Shown here piece by piece: positions 32,414 to 44,334 of a stretch of DNA of 64,000 nucleotides. Position 1 is the first letter of the stretch. Each line of letters begins with the position of its first letter. Origin of the DNA: Acidobacteriota bacterium. Its GTDB lineage: Bacteria; Acidobacteriota; UBA6911; JACQSX01. The notes beneath the pieces were generated by a model. It was not told where the DNA came from, made no database searches, and worked only from the letters and a program-made list of their open reading frames with translations. The DNA lies in contig DASXQR010000083.1 of assembly GCA_036507075.1 (NCBI GenBank), positions 136,883 through 200,882 on the forward strand, read 5' to 3'. Both the position numbers and the translations under genes were made by a program.

Positions 32414-33721
32414 ATGCGAGTCGTCGATCTGATCGCCCAGAAGCGCAACGGGAATCCGCTGACAACCGAGCAGATCCGGTTTCTGGTGGACGGGTACGTG
32501 CGGGGAAACATCCCCGATTACCAGATCTCCGCCCTTCTGATGGCGGTGTTTTTCCGCTCCATGAACCACGAGGAAACCGTCGCCCTCACGCGCGCCATTG
32601 TGGATTCAGGTGTCACTCTGGACTTTTCCGATCTGGACGGACCGGTAATTGACAAACACAGCACCGGGGGCGTGGGAGATAAGACCTCGATCATCATCGT
32701 GCCGCTGGTGGCCGCCTGCGGGGTTTTTGTTCCGATGATTTCCGGCAGGGGCTTGGGCCATACTGGCGGCACCCTTGACAAACTGGAGTCCATTCCCGGG
32801 TTCAAGGTTAATCTCGCTCTGAACGAGTTCAAGACCATCGTGCGCCGTACGGGGGCAGCATTGATCGGGCAGACTGCCGAGCTCGCCCCGGGCGACAAGA
32901 AGCTCTACGCTCTGCGCGACGTCACCTCCACGGTGGAAAGTATTCCCTTGATTGTCGCAAGCATTATCAGCAAGAAGGTCGCCGAGGGGATCGACGGCCT
33001 GGTGCTCGACGTGAAAACCGGTTCGGGTGCTTTCATGAAAACCTTGGAAGATTCCCGAGCTTTGGCTCGGGCGCTCGTCAGCACAGGACGCCTGCTGGGG
33101 ATGAAGGTTACTGCGCTTATCACCAACATGGAAGAACCGCTGGGACACGCGGTCGGGAATTCCGCAGAGATTGTTGAATGCGTGGAAATTCTAAAAGGTG
33201 GAGGCCCGGAGGATCTAAAGACAGTATCCCTTGCTCTGGCAGCCGAAATGCTGGTGCTTGCCGGGCTGGCATCATCGGCCGAGCAGGCCCTCGACTTGCT
33301 GGAGCGCAGAATCGTCAGCGGGGAAGCCCTGGACAAACTGAGAGAAATCATTCGGGCTCAGGGCGGCAAAGCTGAAATCGTGGAGGAGGACCTGCACTTG
33401 CCTCAGGCATCGCATCGGCACGAACTGCGGGCGCCGCGTAAAGGCTACGTTAGAAGGGTACAGGCAGAGCCGATTGGAAAGGCAGCCATGCTTTTGGGCG
33501 CCGGCAGAGAGACGGTTGATTCCGTCATCGATCATGCAGCCGCCGTGTGGGTGCGCAGGAAGCGAGGCGAGCAGGTGGACGCCGGCGATCCCCTTTGCAC
33601 GCTGGAGTTCAATGACAGCCGGCGTTTGGAGGAAGCGATCAGCCTTGCCGCCGCCGCCTTTGAGATCGGAGAGGCGCCCCCCTCGAAGTTAAACCTGGTG
33701 CTGGAAAGGATCTCTCAATGA
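32414..33721 (+). CDS. pdp: Pyrimidine-nucleoside (thymidine) phosphorylase
   Basis: DKHSTGGVGDK, SGRGLGHTGGTLDKLE, LDVKTGSGAFMK. Confidence 0.95.
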   Translation: MRVVDLIAQKRNGNPLTTEQIRFLVDGYVRGNIPDYQISALLMAVFFRSMNHEETVALTRAIVDSGVTLDFSDLDGPVIDKHSTGGVGDKTSIIIVPLVAACGVFVPMISGRGLGHTGGTLDKLESIPGFKVNLALNEFKTIVRRTGAALIGQTAELAPGDKKLYALRDVTSTVESIPLIVASIISKKVAEGIDGLVLDVKTGSGAFMKTLEDSRALARALVSTGRLLGMKVTALITNMEEPLGHAVGNSAEIVECVEILKGGGPEDLKTVSLALAAEMLVLAGLASSAEQALDLLERRIVSGEALDKLREIIRAQGGKAEIVEEDLHLPQASHRHELRAPRKGYVRRVQAEPIGKAAMLLGAGRETVDSVIDHAAAVWVRRKRGEQVDAGDPLCTLEFNDSRRLEEAISLAAAAFEIGEAPPSKLNLVLERISQ

Positions 33722-33738
33722 TACAGAAGTTGGGCTGT

Positions 33739-33784
33739 CTTGGTGCCTTGGTGGTTGAAAAAAATGAACCACAAAGGCACCAAG
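33739..33784. repeat. Tail-to-head CACCAAG/CACAAAG hairpin
   Basis: CTTGGTGCCTTGGTGGTT-GAAAAAAATG-AACCACAAAGGCACCAAG. Confidence 0.85.
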
Positions 33785-33824
33785 CTAACCTTACGCTTGG
33801 GTGCAGTAGGGACGCTCAGAGAAG

Positions 33825-34670
33825 ATGCTGAAAAGCGGAGAACAATATTTGAAACACCTGTCAGAAACGGCCGAGTGGCTCAAGCCGCAACTGAGAATCA
33901 AACCATCGGTGGGTTTGATTTTAGGATCCGGGTTGGGCCACTTCCTGAACCACATGAAGGGAAGCGTGTCGATCCCTTATTCGAAGATCCCGCACTTCCC
34001 CCGCTCCACCGTCGTCGGTCACTCGGGGAATCTGGTCTTCAACCGTATCGGGAAGATGGGATTTATTGCCATGCAGGGCAGGGTTCACTTCTACGAAGGC
34101 TATTCCATTTCCGAAGTCGTGTTTCCCCTGAGGGTGCTTGTCCGGCTTGGGATTACCAGCCTGATTGTCACCAATGCCGCAGGAGGCATAAACCGGCGCT
34201 TCAAACCCGGAGACCTGATGTTGATTAACGATCACATCAATCTGATGGGAGTGAACCCGTTGATGGGGCCGAATCTCGACGAGCTTGGTCCCCGCTTTCC
34301 GGATATGTCGGATGCATATTCACTGGAGTTTCGCGCCTTGGTGCGTTCGGTGGCCAAAGAGCAGAAGATCAAATTGCAGGAAGGAGTTTACGTCGGCCTG
34401 GCGGGGCCCAGTTACGAAACTCCGGCTGAAATCAGGATGCTCGGATTGCTGGGCGCCGACGCAGTTGGAATGTCCACGGTTCCCGAAGTGATCGCCGCCA
34501 ATCACTCCGGCGTGAAGGTAATGGGAATCTCCTGCATCACAAACATGGCCGCCGGTATTCTTCCCCGCAAGCTCGATCATGCCGAAGTCATGGAGACCAC
34601 CGCGCGCGTACGCAAGACTTTCGGCAATCTGCTGAACGGGATACTGAAAAAATTGGCGAATTCCGAGTAA
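33825..34670 (+). CDS. punA: Purine-nucleoside phosphorylase (trimeric type)
   Basis: LGSGLG, GRVHFYEG, TNAAGG, GPSYETPAE, VGMSTVPE. Confidence 0.93.
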   Translation: MLKSGEQYLKHLSETAEWLKPQLRIKPSVGLILGSGLGHFLNHMKGSVSIPYSKIPHFPRSTVVGHSGNLVFNRIGKMGFIAMQGRVHFYEGYSISEVVFPLRVLVRLGITSLIVTNAAGGINRRFKPGDLMLINDHINLMGVNPLMGPNLDELGPRFPDMSDAYSLEFRALVRSVAKEQKIKLQEGVYVGLAGPSYETPAEIRMLGLLGADAVGMSTVPEVIAANHSGVKVMGISCITNMAAGILPRKLDHAEVMETTARVRKTFGNLLNGILKKLANSE

Positions 34671-34721
34671 TAAATTTTTGTGTCCTTTGTGTCTTTGTGG
34701 TGAAAAAGTCATAGATGACAG

Positions 34722-35123
34722 TCACCCCAACTGCTTTTCGTCAAACGGGGCCGGGAAAAGGTCCTTCATCTGGTATTCCTTTTCCTCTCCCTGCACATTG
34801 ACCAGGTGGACAGGAATGTCGCCGCAGAATTCCCAGATGATCTGGCGGCAGGCGCCGCACGGGGGCGTGAGAATCCTGGAATCAGCCGCGACTGCGATGG
34901 CTTTAAAGTTCCTTCGCCCTTCGGAGATGGCCTTGAAGATTGCCACACGCTCGGCGCACACGGTCAGACCATAAGTGGCGTTCTCCACATTACAGCCGGT
35001 GATGATCTCTCCCGATTCGTCAAGCAGGGCCGCCCCCACCCGAAAATTTGAGTATGGCGCATGCGCGTTATCTCGCGCCTTCAAGGCGGCATCTTTCAAA
35101 TTCCGCGCATCAATTGTGGCCAC
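34722..35123 (-). CDS. cdd: Cytidine deaminase
   Basis: APYSNFRVGAA, NVEN, CAER, PCGACRQ. Confidence 0.95.
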   Translation of the reverse strand: MATIDARNLKDAALKARDNAHAPYSNFRVGAALLDESGEIITGCNVENATYGLTVCAERVAIFKAISEGRRNFKAIAVAADSRILTPPCGACRQIIWEFCGDIPVHLVNVQGEEKEYQMKDLFPAPFDEKQLG

Positions 35124-35137
35124 GCTTCTCCCTTCCG

Positions 35138-37768
35138 CTATTTTTTCAATTCAGCAGTCCAATTCACCACCACGGCGACGGGTAAAGGCCTGGTCTCTTC
35201 AACCGGTGTATTGATTACAAAACGGCTGCCATCGCTGGCGACCGCGTAATCCAGACCTCGGATGCGCGGCTCGAACAGGACCTGCGGTATTCCGGCTTCA
35301 ACTGTGGCGCCGCAATGGACCGCCACCGATATCAGCTTTTTCTCGGGGCTCAAGTAATAAATCTCCTCAGCGTTGCCGCCCCAGCGAGGCTGCAGACCGC
35401 CGTTGGTTGAGACGCGCAACTTGGCGCCCGGCCTCAGGAAAGGCCGCACGTAGATCTCGTATCTTCCCGATTCGTCGGACGCATAAGCCACCCATTGTCC
35501 ATCGGGAGAGAAGCGGCCCTGTATCTCGTCAAATTCGCTCTGAAGAAAGCGCTTCGGAGTGCGGTCTCCGAAGAGAGGAAGCACCCACAAGTCTGATCGG
35601 GATTTTTCCGGGTTGATGTTCTGGTAAATAAGGTAACGGCCGTCCCTGGAAAGATCGGTCGGATGCTTGTCCACGGTGGATTCAAGCAGAGCTTCCTCCT
35701 CTCCTCCGGCAGCGGCCGATTTTTGATGCAGATTGCCCGGGCCGCGCTCGTGAGAGCTGAATACCAACCCTCCATCCGGCGTCCATACGGGATTAAGATT
35801 GTCCCAGGTGTTGACGGTGAAGCGGGTAAGAATGTTGCGCGTTATCTCCAGCAGCCAAACGTCCCGGTTGCCGGCGGGAGGGCTCACCATGTTCACCGCA
35901 AGGACTTTTCCGTCCGGTGACAGCTCCGGATTGGAATACTGTCCGGGAACGCCGACCGTTTCCAGTTTCTGGCCCTTGCGATCCACCCAGACAAGCTGAG
36001 CGTCCGGATTGCCACCTTCTCCAAAGACCAGCACTCCGTTGTCGGAAGCCGAAACGGCGGCGCGGTTCGTGTCCAGGTCGACCGCCGGTTCCCTGGCCAG
36101 CGTCACCGGATCTCCGGTGATCTGCAACCGTCCTGCATTAAACGGCACTGCCATCAAAGTCCTCTCGCGAACAAACACCAGATACCCGGGCGGAGCATAA
36201 ATTGCGTTGCTGGCGAGGTTCAGCAACTGTTTCCTCTCTTTCAGATCGAGCGATTCGACGTAGACTGCGCGATTGTCTCTCTTGGGACTGCCCGCGAAAT
36301 AAATGAAGTGTCGGCCGTCGGGGAGAAACTGGGGCCATCGATGTGTGTTCTGGGGAATGGATTTGTCCAGATCCGTCACGCTGTCGACCGGTCCTCCGTC
36401 CTGGGAGATCCGATGGATCGGCCCGCGCGTGCTGGGCGAGAACAGGATCACGCCCTCCCGGCTCCAGGTGCCCCCGCGGCCGTCGGACGCGTCGCACAGC
36501 GTCTGAGGAGGGCCGCCGACGGCAGAAATCTTCTTTAACTTGCCTTGCGCGAAAAAACCGATAAACCGGCTGTCAGCCGACCAGAATGGATAGCGCGCTC
36601 CTTCAGTCCCCGGAAGCGGTAGGGCGTCGAGGGCGTCCAGGCGCCGTACCCACAGTTGATCCTTCCCCGTTCGATCCGCGGCAACAAACGCCAGAGAACG
36701 GCCGTCGGGTGAAAGACTTAACAGATCCACGTTGGTGAAGGCCGATTTCTGGATGGGATAAATGGAGTATTTGAAAACGCGGGGCTCATTCTGTCGCCGC
36801 CGTAGAACCGAGATACTAAGAAGCATGAGTAGCATCAGCACCGCAAACAGCCAACCCCACCTCTCACGCCTCACCTGCGCCGCCGCAAAGGAAGGGGCGG
36901 AAAGGCGCTTGTCTGCTTGAATCATTTCCAGTTGAAGCTTCAGATCGTGGGCCGATTGCCAGCGGTCATCGGGATCTTTTGACAGGCACAGTTCAATGCT
37001 GCGTGCCAGAGCCGGAGGCGAATAAGGCGCGACCGTGGAGATGGCAGATGGTTCCGAATTAAGAATCGATTCGGCGATGCTGGCACGGTCGGCTCCCTGG
37101 ATTGCCTTTCTGCCGGTAATCATTTCGTAAAGTATCAATCCAAACGCGAAAACATCGCTGCGTTCGTCCGCCTCCTTTCCATTGAGTTGTTCGGGAGACA
37201 TGTAACGGTATGTCCCAAAGACGACTCCGCCTGCAGTGAGATCGGGAGGCTGCGTCGGCGGAGTCGAGTCCATCGCCGGCTCGGGTATCAACGGGTCGAG
37301 TTTGGCCAGGCCGAAATCAAGCAGTTTTGCCCCTTCCCGCGTCAGCATGATGTTGCTTGGCTTCAGATCCCGGTGGACAATTCCCTTGCGGTGCGCATTA
37401 TCCAAGGCATCCGCGACCTCAATACCGCAGCGCAGCGTCTGCTCGAGCGGAAGCGGGCCTCGCGCCAGGCGGTCGGCCAGCGTCTGGCCCTCCAGGTACT
37501 CCATCACCAGATAATCAACGCCGTCCTGGTTGCCTATATCGAACAGAGCGCAGATGTGCGGATGGGACAGGCCTGAAATGACGCGCGCCTCCCGATCAAA
37601 TCTCTGCTTCAATTGTGGATTGCCCGACAGGTGTGGAGTCAACACCTTGACGGCGACAAGCCGGTCCAGGCGCAGGTCTTTTGCCCGATATACCTCTCCC
37701 ATGCCTCCTGAACCGAGAGGCGAGAGAACTTCATAGGGACCGAGGCGACTTCCGGGAGAGAGCGGCAT
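35138..37768 (-). CDS. Hanks-type Ser/Thr kinase with TM helix and C-terminal TolB/PD40-like beta-propellers
   Basis: [29 protein letters not shown]; repeated SPDG/WSxD motifs. Confidence 0.93.
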   Translation of the reverse strand: MPLSPGSRLGPYEVLSPLGSGGMGEVYRAKDLRLDRLVAVKVLTPHLSGNPQLKQRFDREARVISGLSHPHICALFDIGNQDGVDYLVMEYLEGQTLADRLARGPLPLEQTLRCGIEVADALDNAHRKGIVHRDLKPSNIMLTREGAKLLDFGLAKLDPLIPEPAMDSTPPTQPPDLTAGGVVFGTYRYMSPEQLNGKEADERSDVFAFGLILYEMITGRKAIQGADRASIAESILNSEPSAISTVAPYSPPALARSIELCLSKDPDDRWQSAHDLKLQLEMIQADKRLSAPSFAAAQVRRERWGWLFAVLMLLMLLSISVLRRRQNEPRVFKYSIYPIQKSAFTNVDLLSLSPDGRSLAFVAADRTGKDQLWVRRLDALDALPLPGTEGARYPFWSADSRFIGFFAQGKLKKISAVGGPPQTLCDASDGRGGTWSREGVILFSPSTRGPIHRISQDGGPVDSVTDLDKSIPQNTHRWPQFLPDGRHFIYFAGSPKRDNRAVYVESLDLKERKQLLNLASNAIYAPPGYLVFVRERTLMAVPFNAGRLQITGDPVTLAREPAVDLDTNRAAVSASDNGVLVFGEGGNPDAQLVWVDRKGQKLETVGVPGQYSNPELSPDGKVLAVNMVSPPAGNRDVWLLEITRNILTRFTVNTWDNLNPVWTPDGGLVFSSHERGPGNLHQKSAAAGGEEEALLESTVDKHPTDLSRDGRYLIYQNINPEKSRSDLWVLPLFGDRTPKRFLQSEFDEIQGRFSPDGQWVAYASDESGRYEIYVRPFLRPGAKLRVSTNGGLQPRWGGNAEEIYYLSPEKKLISVAVHCGATVEAGIPQVLFEPRIRGLDYAVASDGSRFVINTPVEETRPLPVAVVVNWTAELKK

Positions 37769-37789
37769 GTGGGATAGAATTATATTTGA

Positions 37790-39313
37790 ATGCGTTCCTC
37801 CAACAGAAGCAGCTACCGCGGCCGGGGTCTCTTTTTCACAGTGCCCGTAAGAGACTGTCGCGCCCGGGTGTCGCTGAATTTGAGACCCAACTCATACGGC
37901 CGGCTTTTCCGCTGCTGTGTGACAGCCGGCTTGTTGAGCGGAATGCTGCTTTTACACTTCGCTGCAGCGGGTCCGGCCGCGGTGCCAAAGACCGAAGCCG
38001 TTGATTTGTTGATCCGAAACGGCCGCATCCTGACGGTGAATTCCTCTCTTGAAGAATTTGACCCCGGATTTGTGGCTGTGCGGGGATCAACCATTGTGGG
38101 CCTCGGGCCGCCGGCCGAGGCCGGTCGATTCCGCGCGCGGCAAACACTGGATGCTTCCGGAATGATCGTGATGCCCGGTTTGATCAACACGCACACGCAT
38201 TCCCCGATGACTTTGCTGCGCGGCCTGGGTGGAGACACGAACCTGATGGAGTGGCTGCAGAAGTACATCTTTCCGGCGGAGGCAAAAAATGTCGATCCCG
38301 ACATGGTCTACTGGGGCGCGCAGCTGGCCTGCTACGAAATGATCCAGTCGGGAACAACGACCTTTGTCGATATGTATTACTTCGAAGATCGAATTGCCGA
38401 CGCGGTCAAGGCCGCCGGCATGCGCGCCATTCTTGGTGAGACGATAATTGATATGCCGGTGCCGGACAACAAGAGCGCCGGAGCAGCGCTGGCCTACACG
38501 CGAAGATTCATCGAACGCTGGCGGCGCGATCCGTTGGTTACGCCGGCGGTCGCCCCACATGCTCCTTACACCTGCTCGTCGAAAACGCTGCAGGATTCGC
38601 AGAAGCTCGCCAATGATTTCGCCGCGCCGTTGATCATCCACCTTTCCGAGACGGAGGCCGAGGTTAAGACGATTCACGAGAAATATGGACGCACTCCGGC
38701 GGCATATCTGGAAAGTCTCGGCTTTCTTCAGGATTCCCTGATTGCAGCTCACTGCGTTTGGATTACTGAAGATGAGATCCCTTTGTTAAAGCGCCGCGGC
38801 GTTGGTGTTTCGCACAACCCGGAAAGCAACATGAAGCTGGCATCAGGCATCGCTCCTTTGCGCGGTTTCCTGCAAGCTGGTCTGGACGTGGGGCTGGGAA
38901 CCGATGGGGCTGCCAGCAACAACAATCTGGATATGTTCGAGGAGATGGACACGGTCGCCAAGCTGCATAAAGTGTTTCTGAAAGACCCCGCTTTTTTGAA
39001 CGCGCGCGCCACGCTGCAGCTTGCCACGTCGGGAGGCGCCCGGGTGATCAACCGTTCGGGGGAGCTGGGAACGCTGGAGGCCGGAAAGCTGGCCGACATC
39101 ATTCTGGTCCGAACAAACGGCGCGTCGGCAATTCCAATGTACGATGTGTATGCGCAACTGGTTTACTCGCTCAAGGGAAGCGCCGTTGATGCCAGCATCA
39201 TTCACGGGCGGGTCGTGATGCAAAACAGAGTTGTCCGGACCATCCCTTACGATGTGCTGTTGAAAAACGTGCGCAGGCTTCAAGCAAAGATCGCCAGGAG
39301 TGTGGGACTCTGA
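37790..39313 (+). CDS. MTA/SAH-deaminase-like amidohydrolase, possibly exported (start uncertain)
   Basis: [39 protein letters not shown]. Confidence 0.85.
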   Translation: MRSSNRSSYRGRGLFFTVPVRDCRARVSLNLRPNSYGRLFRCCVTAGLLSGMLLLHFAAAGPAAVPKTEAVDLLIRNGRILTVNSSLEEFDPGFVAVRGSTIVGLGPPAEAGRFRARQTLDASGMIVMPGLINTHTHSPMTLLRGLGGDTNLMEWLQKYIFPAEAKNVDPDMVYWGAQLACYEMIQSGTTTFVDMYYFEDRIADAVKAAGMRAILGETIIDMPVPDNKSAGAALAYTRRFIERWRRDPLVTPAVAPHAPYTCSSKTLQDSQKLANDFAAPLIIHLSETEAEVKTIHEKYGRTPAAYLESLGFLQDSLIAAHCVWITEDEIPLLKRRGVGVSHNPESNMKLASGIAPLRGFLQAGLDVGLGTDGAASNNNLDMFEEMDTVAKLHKVFLKDPAFLNARATLQLATSGGARVINRSGELGTLEAGKLADIILVRTNGASAIPMYDVYAQLVYSLKGSAVDASIIHGRVVMQNRVVRTIPYDVLLKNVRRLQAKIARSVGL

Positions 39314-39331
39314 GAGTTTGGACATTCCAGA

Positions 39332-39451
39332 CGTAGAGACGCGGCCTGCCGCGTCTGAGTTGGACGCGGCATGCCGCGTCCAGAGCGCCGCAAAGCGGCG
39401 CAGGCGCGATTTATCGCGCCCGACTCAGACGCGATGTATCGCGTCTCTACG
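39332..39451. repeat. GTAG-type REP doublet (REPIN/BIME-like)
   Basis: CGTAGAGACGCG...CGCGTCTCTACG enclosing five short GC-rich hairpins. Confidence 0.88.
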
Positions 39452-39484
39452 GTGTCAAAATGTGCACTCTGACGGATAACTTTC

Positions 39485-40714
39485 ATGAGATTCAGGCGAA
39501 TTATTCTGATCGTGCTCGACTCGCTTGGCATTGGCGAGATGCCTGACGCGGCCGAGTATGGCGACACGGGGAGCGATACGCTGGGACACATCGCCGAGCA
39601 GCGCGCACTGCGGATCCCGCATCTGCAGCAGCTCGGACTGGCCAATCTGAAGCGGTTGCAAAGCGTGGCGCCCGTTGCCAAACCGCGGGCGCATTTTGGA
39701 AGGATCGCGCTGGCTTCTCCCGGCAAAGACACAACAACCGGACACTGGGAGATGTCGGGGATTCTGTTGAAAAAGCCCTTTCCCCTCTATCCGCGCGGTT
39801 TCCCGCCGGAAATCATCGATCGATTCTCGCGTGAAACCGGCCGGGGAGTGCTGGCAAATATCCCGGCCTCCGGGACCGAAATCATCGCCCGATTCGGGGA
39901 AGAGCATCTCGGCACGGGCAAGTGGATCGTCTACACCTCGGCCGACAGCGTCTTCCAGGTTGCGGCCCACGAGGAAAAGATTCCTGTAGATGAGCTCTAT
40001 CAAGCCTGCAAGAGGGCGCGCCACATCCTGCGCGGCGAACATGAAGTGGGACGCGTGATTGCGCGTCCCTTCAACGGAATCCCTGGAAACTTCAAACGGA
40101 CCGAGCGCCGCAAGGACTTCGCCATTGATCCTACCGGTGTAACCATGCTTGATCTTTTGCACGCCCGCGGACTTCCCACCTTAGGGATTGGAAAAATAGC
40201 CTCGATATTCTGCTATCGCGGAATTTCCGAAGAGATCAAAGTGAAGGACAACATGGAGAACTGCGATCGAATCCTTGCCTGCATGGGCCGGCAGGACTCC
40301 GGCTTGATCTTCAGCAACCTTGTGGATTTCGATATGGTTTACGGCCACCGGAACGACGTGCAGGGTTACGGCAAGGCGCTGGAAGAATTCGATGACCGGC
40401 TGGAAGAAATTGAAGCCTGTCTGAGGCCGGAAGATCTTCTGCTACTGACGGCCGATCATGGCTGCGATCCGGCGACACCCTCTACCGACCACTCGCGCGA
40501 ATATGTCCCGCTGATCGCCTTTTCTACCGCCTTTAGAGCAGGCTCGGACCTGGGGACCCGAAAAACGCTCGCCGACATCGGAGCCACCGTCTGCGAAAAC
40601 TTCGGCTGCCGGCTGCCCGTGGGCGAGAGTTTTCTGGAAGCTTTATCAGCTCCTGCAGCAAAGTTGCAACCAAAGCCGAACCGCGCGCGGTTCGGCAGCG
40701 AATCTCTGCGATAG
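39485..40714 (+). CDS. deoB: Phosphopentomutase
   Basis: VLDSLGIG, GKDTTTGHWE, YTSADSV, NLVDFD, GHRND, TADHG, DHSRE. Confidence 0.95.
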   Translation: MRFRRIILIVLDSLGIGEMPDAAEYGDTGSDTLGHIAEQRALRIPHLQQLGLANLKRLQSVAPVAKPRAHFGRIALASPGKDTTTGHWEMSGILLKKPFPLYPRGFPPEIIDRFSRETGRGVLANIPASGTEIIARFGEEHLGTGKWIVYTSADSVFQVAAHEEKIPVDELYQACKRARHILRGEHEVGRVIARPFNGIPGNFKRTERRKDFAIDPTGVTMLDLLHARGLPTLGIGKIASIFCYRGISEEIKVKDNMENCDRILACMGRQDSGLIFSNLVDFDMVYGHRNDVQGYGKALEEFDDRLEEIEACLRPEDLLLLTADHGCDPATPSTDHSREYVPLIAFSTAFRAGSDLGTRKTLADIGATVCENFGCRLPVGESFLEALSAPAAKLQPKPNRARFGSESLR

Positions 40715-40792
40715 AACTTGACTTCACGCCCGGTCGGGTCTACACAGAGAGTTACACGGTACTTCAGCCGCAGACATTCAGGAGGTCTTTTT

Positions 40793-43700
40793 ATGAGACG
40801 CTTCTCCGGGATCTATTTCCTGCCGTTCATCGTTTCGTTGGTGCTGGTTTTGACTTCCCTGGGCCGGCTCTCTGCCCAGGTCCTTTACGGAACCATTGTC
40901 GGCAATGTGACGGATGCCAGCCAGGCGTCCGTTCCGGGCGCAACCGTCACCATCATTAACACGCAAACCAACCAGACGCGCGAGTCGCAGACAGGAGACA
41001 CGGGAGCCTTCAGTTTCTCCAATGTTCCGGCCGGAACATACACCGTAAAGGTCGGCCTTCCGGGTTTTAAGGAATTCGTCAAGCCCGACGTGATCGTTAC
41101 CGTGAACACGATATCGCGCGTTGACGCCATGCTGCAGGTAGGTGAGGTCTCAGAAACGGTGACGGTCGCGGGCGGCGCAGTGGCGCTCCAGACCGACAAG
41201 ACCGATGTTCACAAGGAGCTGACTTCCAAGGAAGTGACCGACCTGCCGGTGAACATCTACCGGAATTATCAAAGCCTCATCGACCTCGTTCCTGGGACAA
41301 CCCCGGCCCGGTTCCAGAATGCCGTCACCGATACGCCCGCCCGGGGGCTGACCACCAACGTGAATGGCACTGCCCGAAACAGCAACAATACGCGGCTGGA
41401 CGGAGCCACCACTGTATTGACCTGGTTGCCGCATCACGTTCTCTATGTTGCGCCCCAGGAATCCATCCAGACAGTCAATGTTTCCACTAACAACTTTGAC
41501 GCGGAGCAGGGACTGGCCGGTGGGGCAGCCATTACTGTTCAGACCAAGTCGGGAACGAATCAATACCATGGCGTGGCTTTCGGCTACCACAGCAACAGCG
41601 CGCTGCGCGCCAAGAATTTCTTTACACCGCAAAACAGCAATGTACCAAAAAACCTTTTGACCATGTTCGGCGGCACGTTCGGAGGTCCCATCAAAAAAGA
41701 CAAATTGTTCTTCTTCACCAGTTGGGAAGCCATGCGCGAGCGGCAGAACTATTCCCAACTGTACACGGTCCCGACGGCAGCAATGCGGACTGGAGACTTC
41801 TCGGGTACGGGCGTCACCCTTTACGATCCAAACACCGGCAATCCGGATGGTTCAGGACGAACATCTCTAGGCACCACCATACCGTCAGCGCGCATCAACT
41901 CGGTGGCAAAAAAAATGCTGGCGCTGATTCCCCTGCCTAACCAGCCGGGGCTTACTAGCAATTACTACGCGTCGGGGCCGCAGATTTTCGACCGCGATAA
42001 TTACGATTTCAAAGTGGACTGGGTAAGGTCGGCGGCTACTACCGTCTGGGGAAAGTACAGCCTGATGAATGCTCCTGTCCTGTGTCAGTTTTCTCTCAAG
42101 GAAGCCGGCGGCGATGCGTTGTCCATCAGCGGGGGTGCGGGCCTCGGGACCACCAGGGTGCAACTAGCCACTATCGGGGGCACTCATCTGTTTTCTTCAC
42201 GATTTCTGGTGGATGGGACCGTCGGTTTCAGCCGCTACGCGCATTCCACACGCGGGCCGGACTTTGGTACAAACTTCGGGACCGACGTGCTGGGAATTCC
42301 TGGGACGAACGGTCCGGACATACGGCAAAGCGGTATGCCTTTTTTTCAAATCACGGGTTATGCCAGTCTCGGCAACACGTCCACCTGGAGCCCTGTAGAC
42401 CGCCGCGACAATAGCTGGACCTACACTACAAACGCAAATTTGTCTCGCGGCAAACATGACATTCGCTTTGGAGTTGATATCGCTCGACAGCATATGAACC
42501 ACTGGCAGCCGGAACTCGGAGGCAGGAGCCCGCGGGGGAATTTTCGTTTTACCGGCGGAGTGACGGCGCTGAGGGGCGGGACGGCCCCCAACCGCTATAA
42601 TGCAATGGCCGATTTTCTCCTGGGCCTTCCGCAGAACCTCGGCAAGGCGTTGCAGTTCTACGACCCCATGAGCACGCGCGAATGGCTTGAGGGTTATTAC
42701 TTCCGCGATCGATGGCAGGCCACTCCGAAGCTGACCCTTACCATGGGACTGCGCTGGGAATACTATCCGCTGATAACCCGCACCCAGACCGGAATCGAGC
42801 GCTATGACCCGGACGAGAACAAGGTGTACATCGGCGGCCAGGGCAGCGTACCCGATAATGCCGGGATCTCGGTCCCTAAGGTCCTGCTGGCACCGCGCTT
42901 TGGAATCGCGTACCGGTTGGGACACAGCGGCGTCCTGCGCACCGGATATGGAATCACGGTCGATCCCTACCCGATGGCCAGACCGATGCGTTCGCCTTAT
43001 CCGGTAGTGATCTTCTCGGATCACGAAGGCGCGAATTCCTTCCAGCCGTTCGGCCCGATCCTTAACGGCATCCCCCCGATTACCGGGCCCGACATCAGCA
43101 AGGGGATCATTGACATTCCTCCCACGATCGGAACCCGCACCATGGAAAAGGGACGCTTCAAACGGGGGTACATCCAATCCTGGAATCTGATCTATGAGCG
43201 GGAAATGCCGCTCAACCTTGTCGGATCGGTGGGATACGTTGCCACGCGCAGCATCCGCCAGATCGCCCAGCTTGAGCTGAACGCGGCGCCGCCGGGAACG
43301 GGATCAGCCGGCCGGCCGCTGTTTGTCAAGTTCGGACGCTCGGCCAGCACGCAACTGCATATCCCCTGGCAAACTGCGCTTTACGATTCATTGCAGGCGT
43401 CGCTGGATCGCAGGTTTAGCAATGGTGTGTTCGTAAAGACTGCCTACACCTGGTCAAAAGCGATTGACTTTCAAGACAACAGCGGAGAGGATGCTCCCAT
43501 TTTCATGCATCCATCGGTCCGCTATCGGCAGCGCGCGCTGGCCGGCTACGACCGCACGCACAATCTCCGTGTCGCCGCGATTTATGAACTTCCCTTCGGC
43601 TCCAAAGGCAGCGGGTTTGCGCGGGCGGTGCTGGGTGGATGGCAGTTGAACGGGATTTTCAGCGCCTATAGTGGAACCCCGTTTACCGTGGGTTCCAGCG

Positions 43701-44083
43701 GCGCGTCGCTGAATGCTCCCGGAAATGGCCAGGTCGCGGATCAGGTGAAGTCGGAGGTCCAAAAACTGGGCGGCATCGGCCTGGGGAATCCGTTCTTTGA
43801 CCCCACAGCATTCAAGCCGGTCACCGAAGCGCGATTCGGAAACAGTGGGCGCAACGCCTTGAGAGGACCGGGTGCGGTCAATCTGGATCTAGGGCTGTTT
43901 CGCAAATTCCGGGTGACCGAGCAGGTCGAGATGCAGTTCCGAGCCGAGGCTTTCAATTTCACAAACACGCCGCATTTCAACAATCCGAGCGCGAGTGCAT
44001 CTGATGCGAGCACCTTTATGATGGTCACCAGCGCCCAGCCCGACGAGCGGCAATTCCGATTTGCGCTTCGGTTGAGCTTCTAA
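40793..44083 (+). CDS. TonB-dependent receptor (Oar-like, N-terminal carboxypeptidase-regulatory-like domain)
   Basis: GGAGG RBS, signal peptide, GTIVGNVTD, TKSGTN, GLRWEY, APRFGIAY, C-terminal ...LRLSF. Confidence 0.92.
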   Translation: MRRFSGIYFLPFIVSLVLVLTSLGRLSAQVLYGTIVGNVTDASQASVPGATVTIINTQTNQTRESQTGDTGAFSFSNVPAGTYTVKVGLPGFKEFVKPDVIVTVNTISRVDAMLQVGEVSETVTVAGGAVALQTDKTDVHKELTSKEVTDLPVNIYRNYQSLIDLVPGTTPARFQNAVTDTPARGLTTNVNGTARNSNNTRLDGATTVLTWLPHHVLYVAPQESIQTVNVSTNNFDAEQGLAGGAAITVQTKSGTNQYHGVAFGYHSNSALRAKNFFTPQNSNVPKNLLTMFGGTFGGPIKKDKLFFFTSWEAMRERQNYSQLYTVPTAAMRTGDFSGTGVTLYDPNTGNPDGSGRTSLGTTIPSARINSVAKKMLALIPLPNQPGLTSNYYASGPQIFDRDNYDFKVDWVRSAATTVWGKYSLMNAPVLCQFSLKEAGGDALSISGGAGLGTTRVQLATIGGTHLFSSRFLVDGTVGFSRYAHSTRGPDFGTNFGTDVLGIPGTNGPDIRQSGMPFFQITGYASLGNTSTWSPVDRRDNSWTYTTNANLSRGKHDIRFGVDIARQHMNHWQPELGGRSPRGNFRFTGGVTALRGGTAPNRYNAMADFLLGLPQNLGKALQFYDPMSTREWLEGYYFRDRWQATPKLTLTMGLRWEYYPLITRTQTGIERYDPDENKVYIGGQGSVPDNAGISVPKVLLAPRFGIAYRLGHSGVLRTGYGITVDPYPMARPMRSPYPVVIFSDHEGANSFQPFGPILNGIPPITGPDISKGIIDIPPTIGTRTMEKGRFKRGYIQSWNLIYEREMPLNLVGSVGYVATRSIRQIAQLELNAAPPGTGSAGRPLFVKFGRSASTQLHIPWQTALYDSLQASLDRRFSNGVFVKTAYTWSKAIDFQDNSGEDAPIFMHPSVRYRQRALAGYDRTHNLRVAAIYELPFGSKGSGFARAVLGGWQLNGIFSAYSGTPFTVGSSGASLNAPGNGQVADQVKSEVQKLGGIGLGNPFFDPTAFKPVTEARFGNSGRNALRGPGAVNLDLGLFRKFRVTEQVEMQFRAEAFNFTNTPHFNNPSASASDASTFMMVTSAQPDERQFRFALRLSF

Positions 44084-44243
44084 AATGTTTCGGTGGTGGG
44101 ACTATTGTTTCACCACCGAGACACGGACGTCACAGTAGCCCCGCGACTCATTCTCGTAAACGTAAGTCGCAGGCCACCCACAGAGCTGCGGCCGGAAGGG
44201 CGTATTGCCCAAATCGGAACAGAATGGAGACGGCTACATTATG

Positions 44244-44334
44244 TTCACCGCAGAGCCGCCGAGAACGCCGAGTTTCCGCAGAGTTTCATCACAACCTCAG
44301 CGAAACTTGGCGTTCTCGGTGGCTCTGCGGTGAA
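44244..44334. repeat. CGCAGAG/CGCCGAG hairpin, family B copy 2
   Basis: TTCACCGCAGAGCCGCCGAG...CTCGGTGGCTCTGCGGTGAA. Confidence 0.88.

Noticed and set aside
35138..37768. Kinase-propeller fusion as a novel system
   Set aside because: This architecture is, to my knowledge, common and multi-copy in Acidobacteriota-like genomes.
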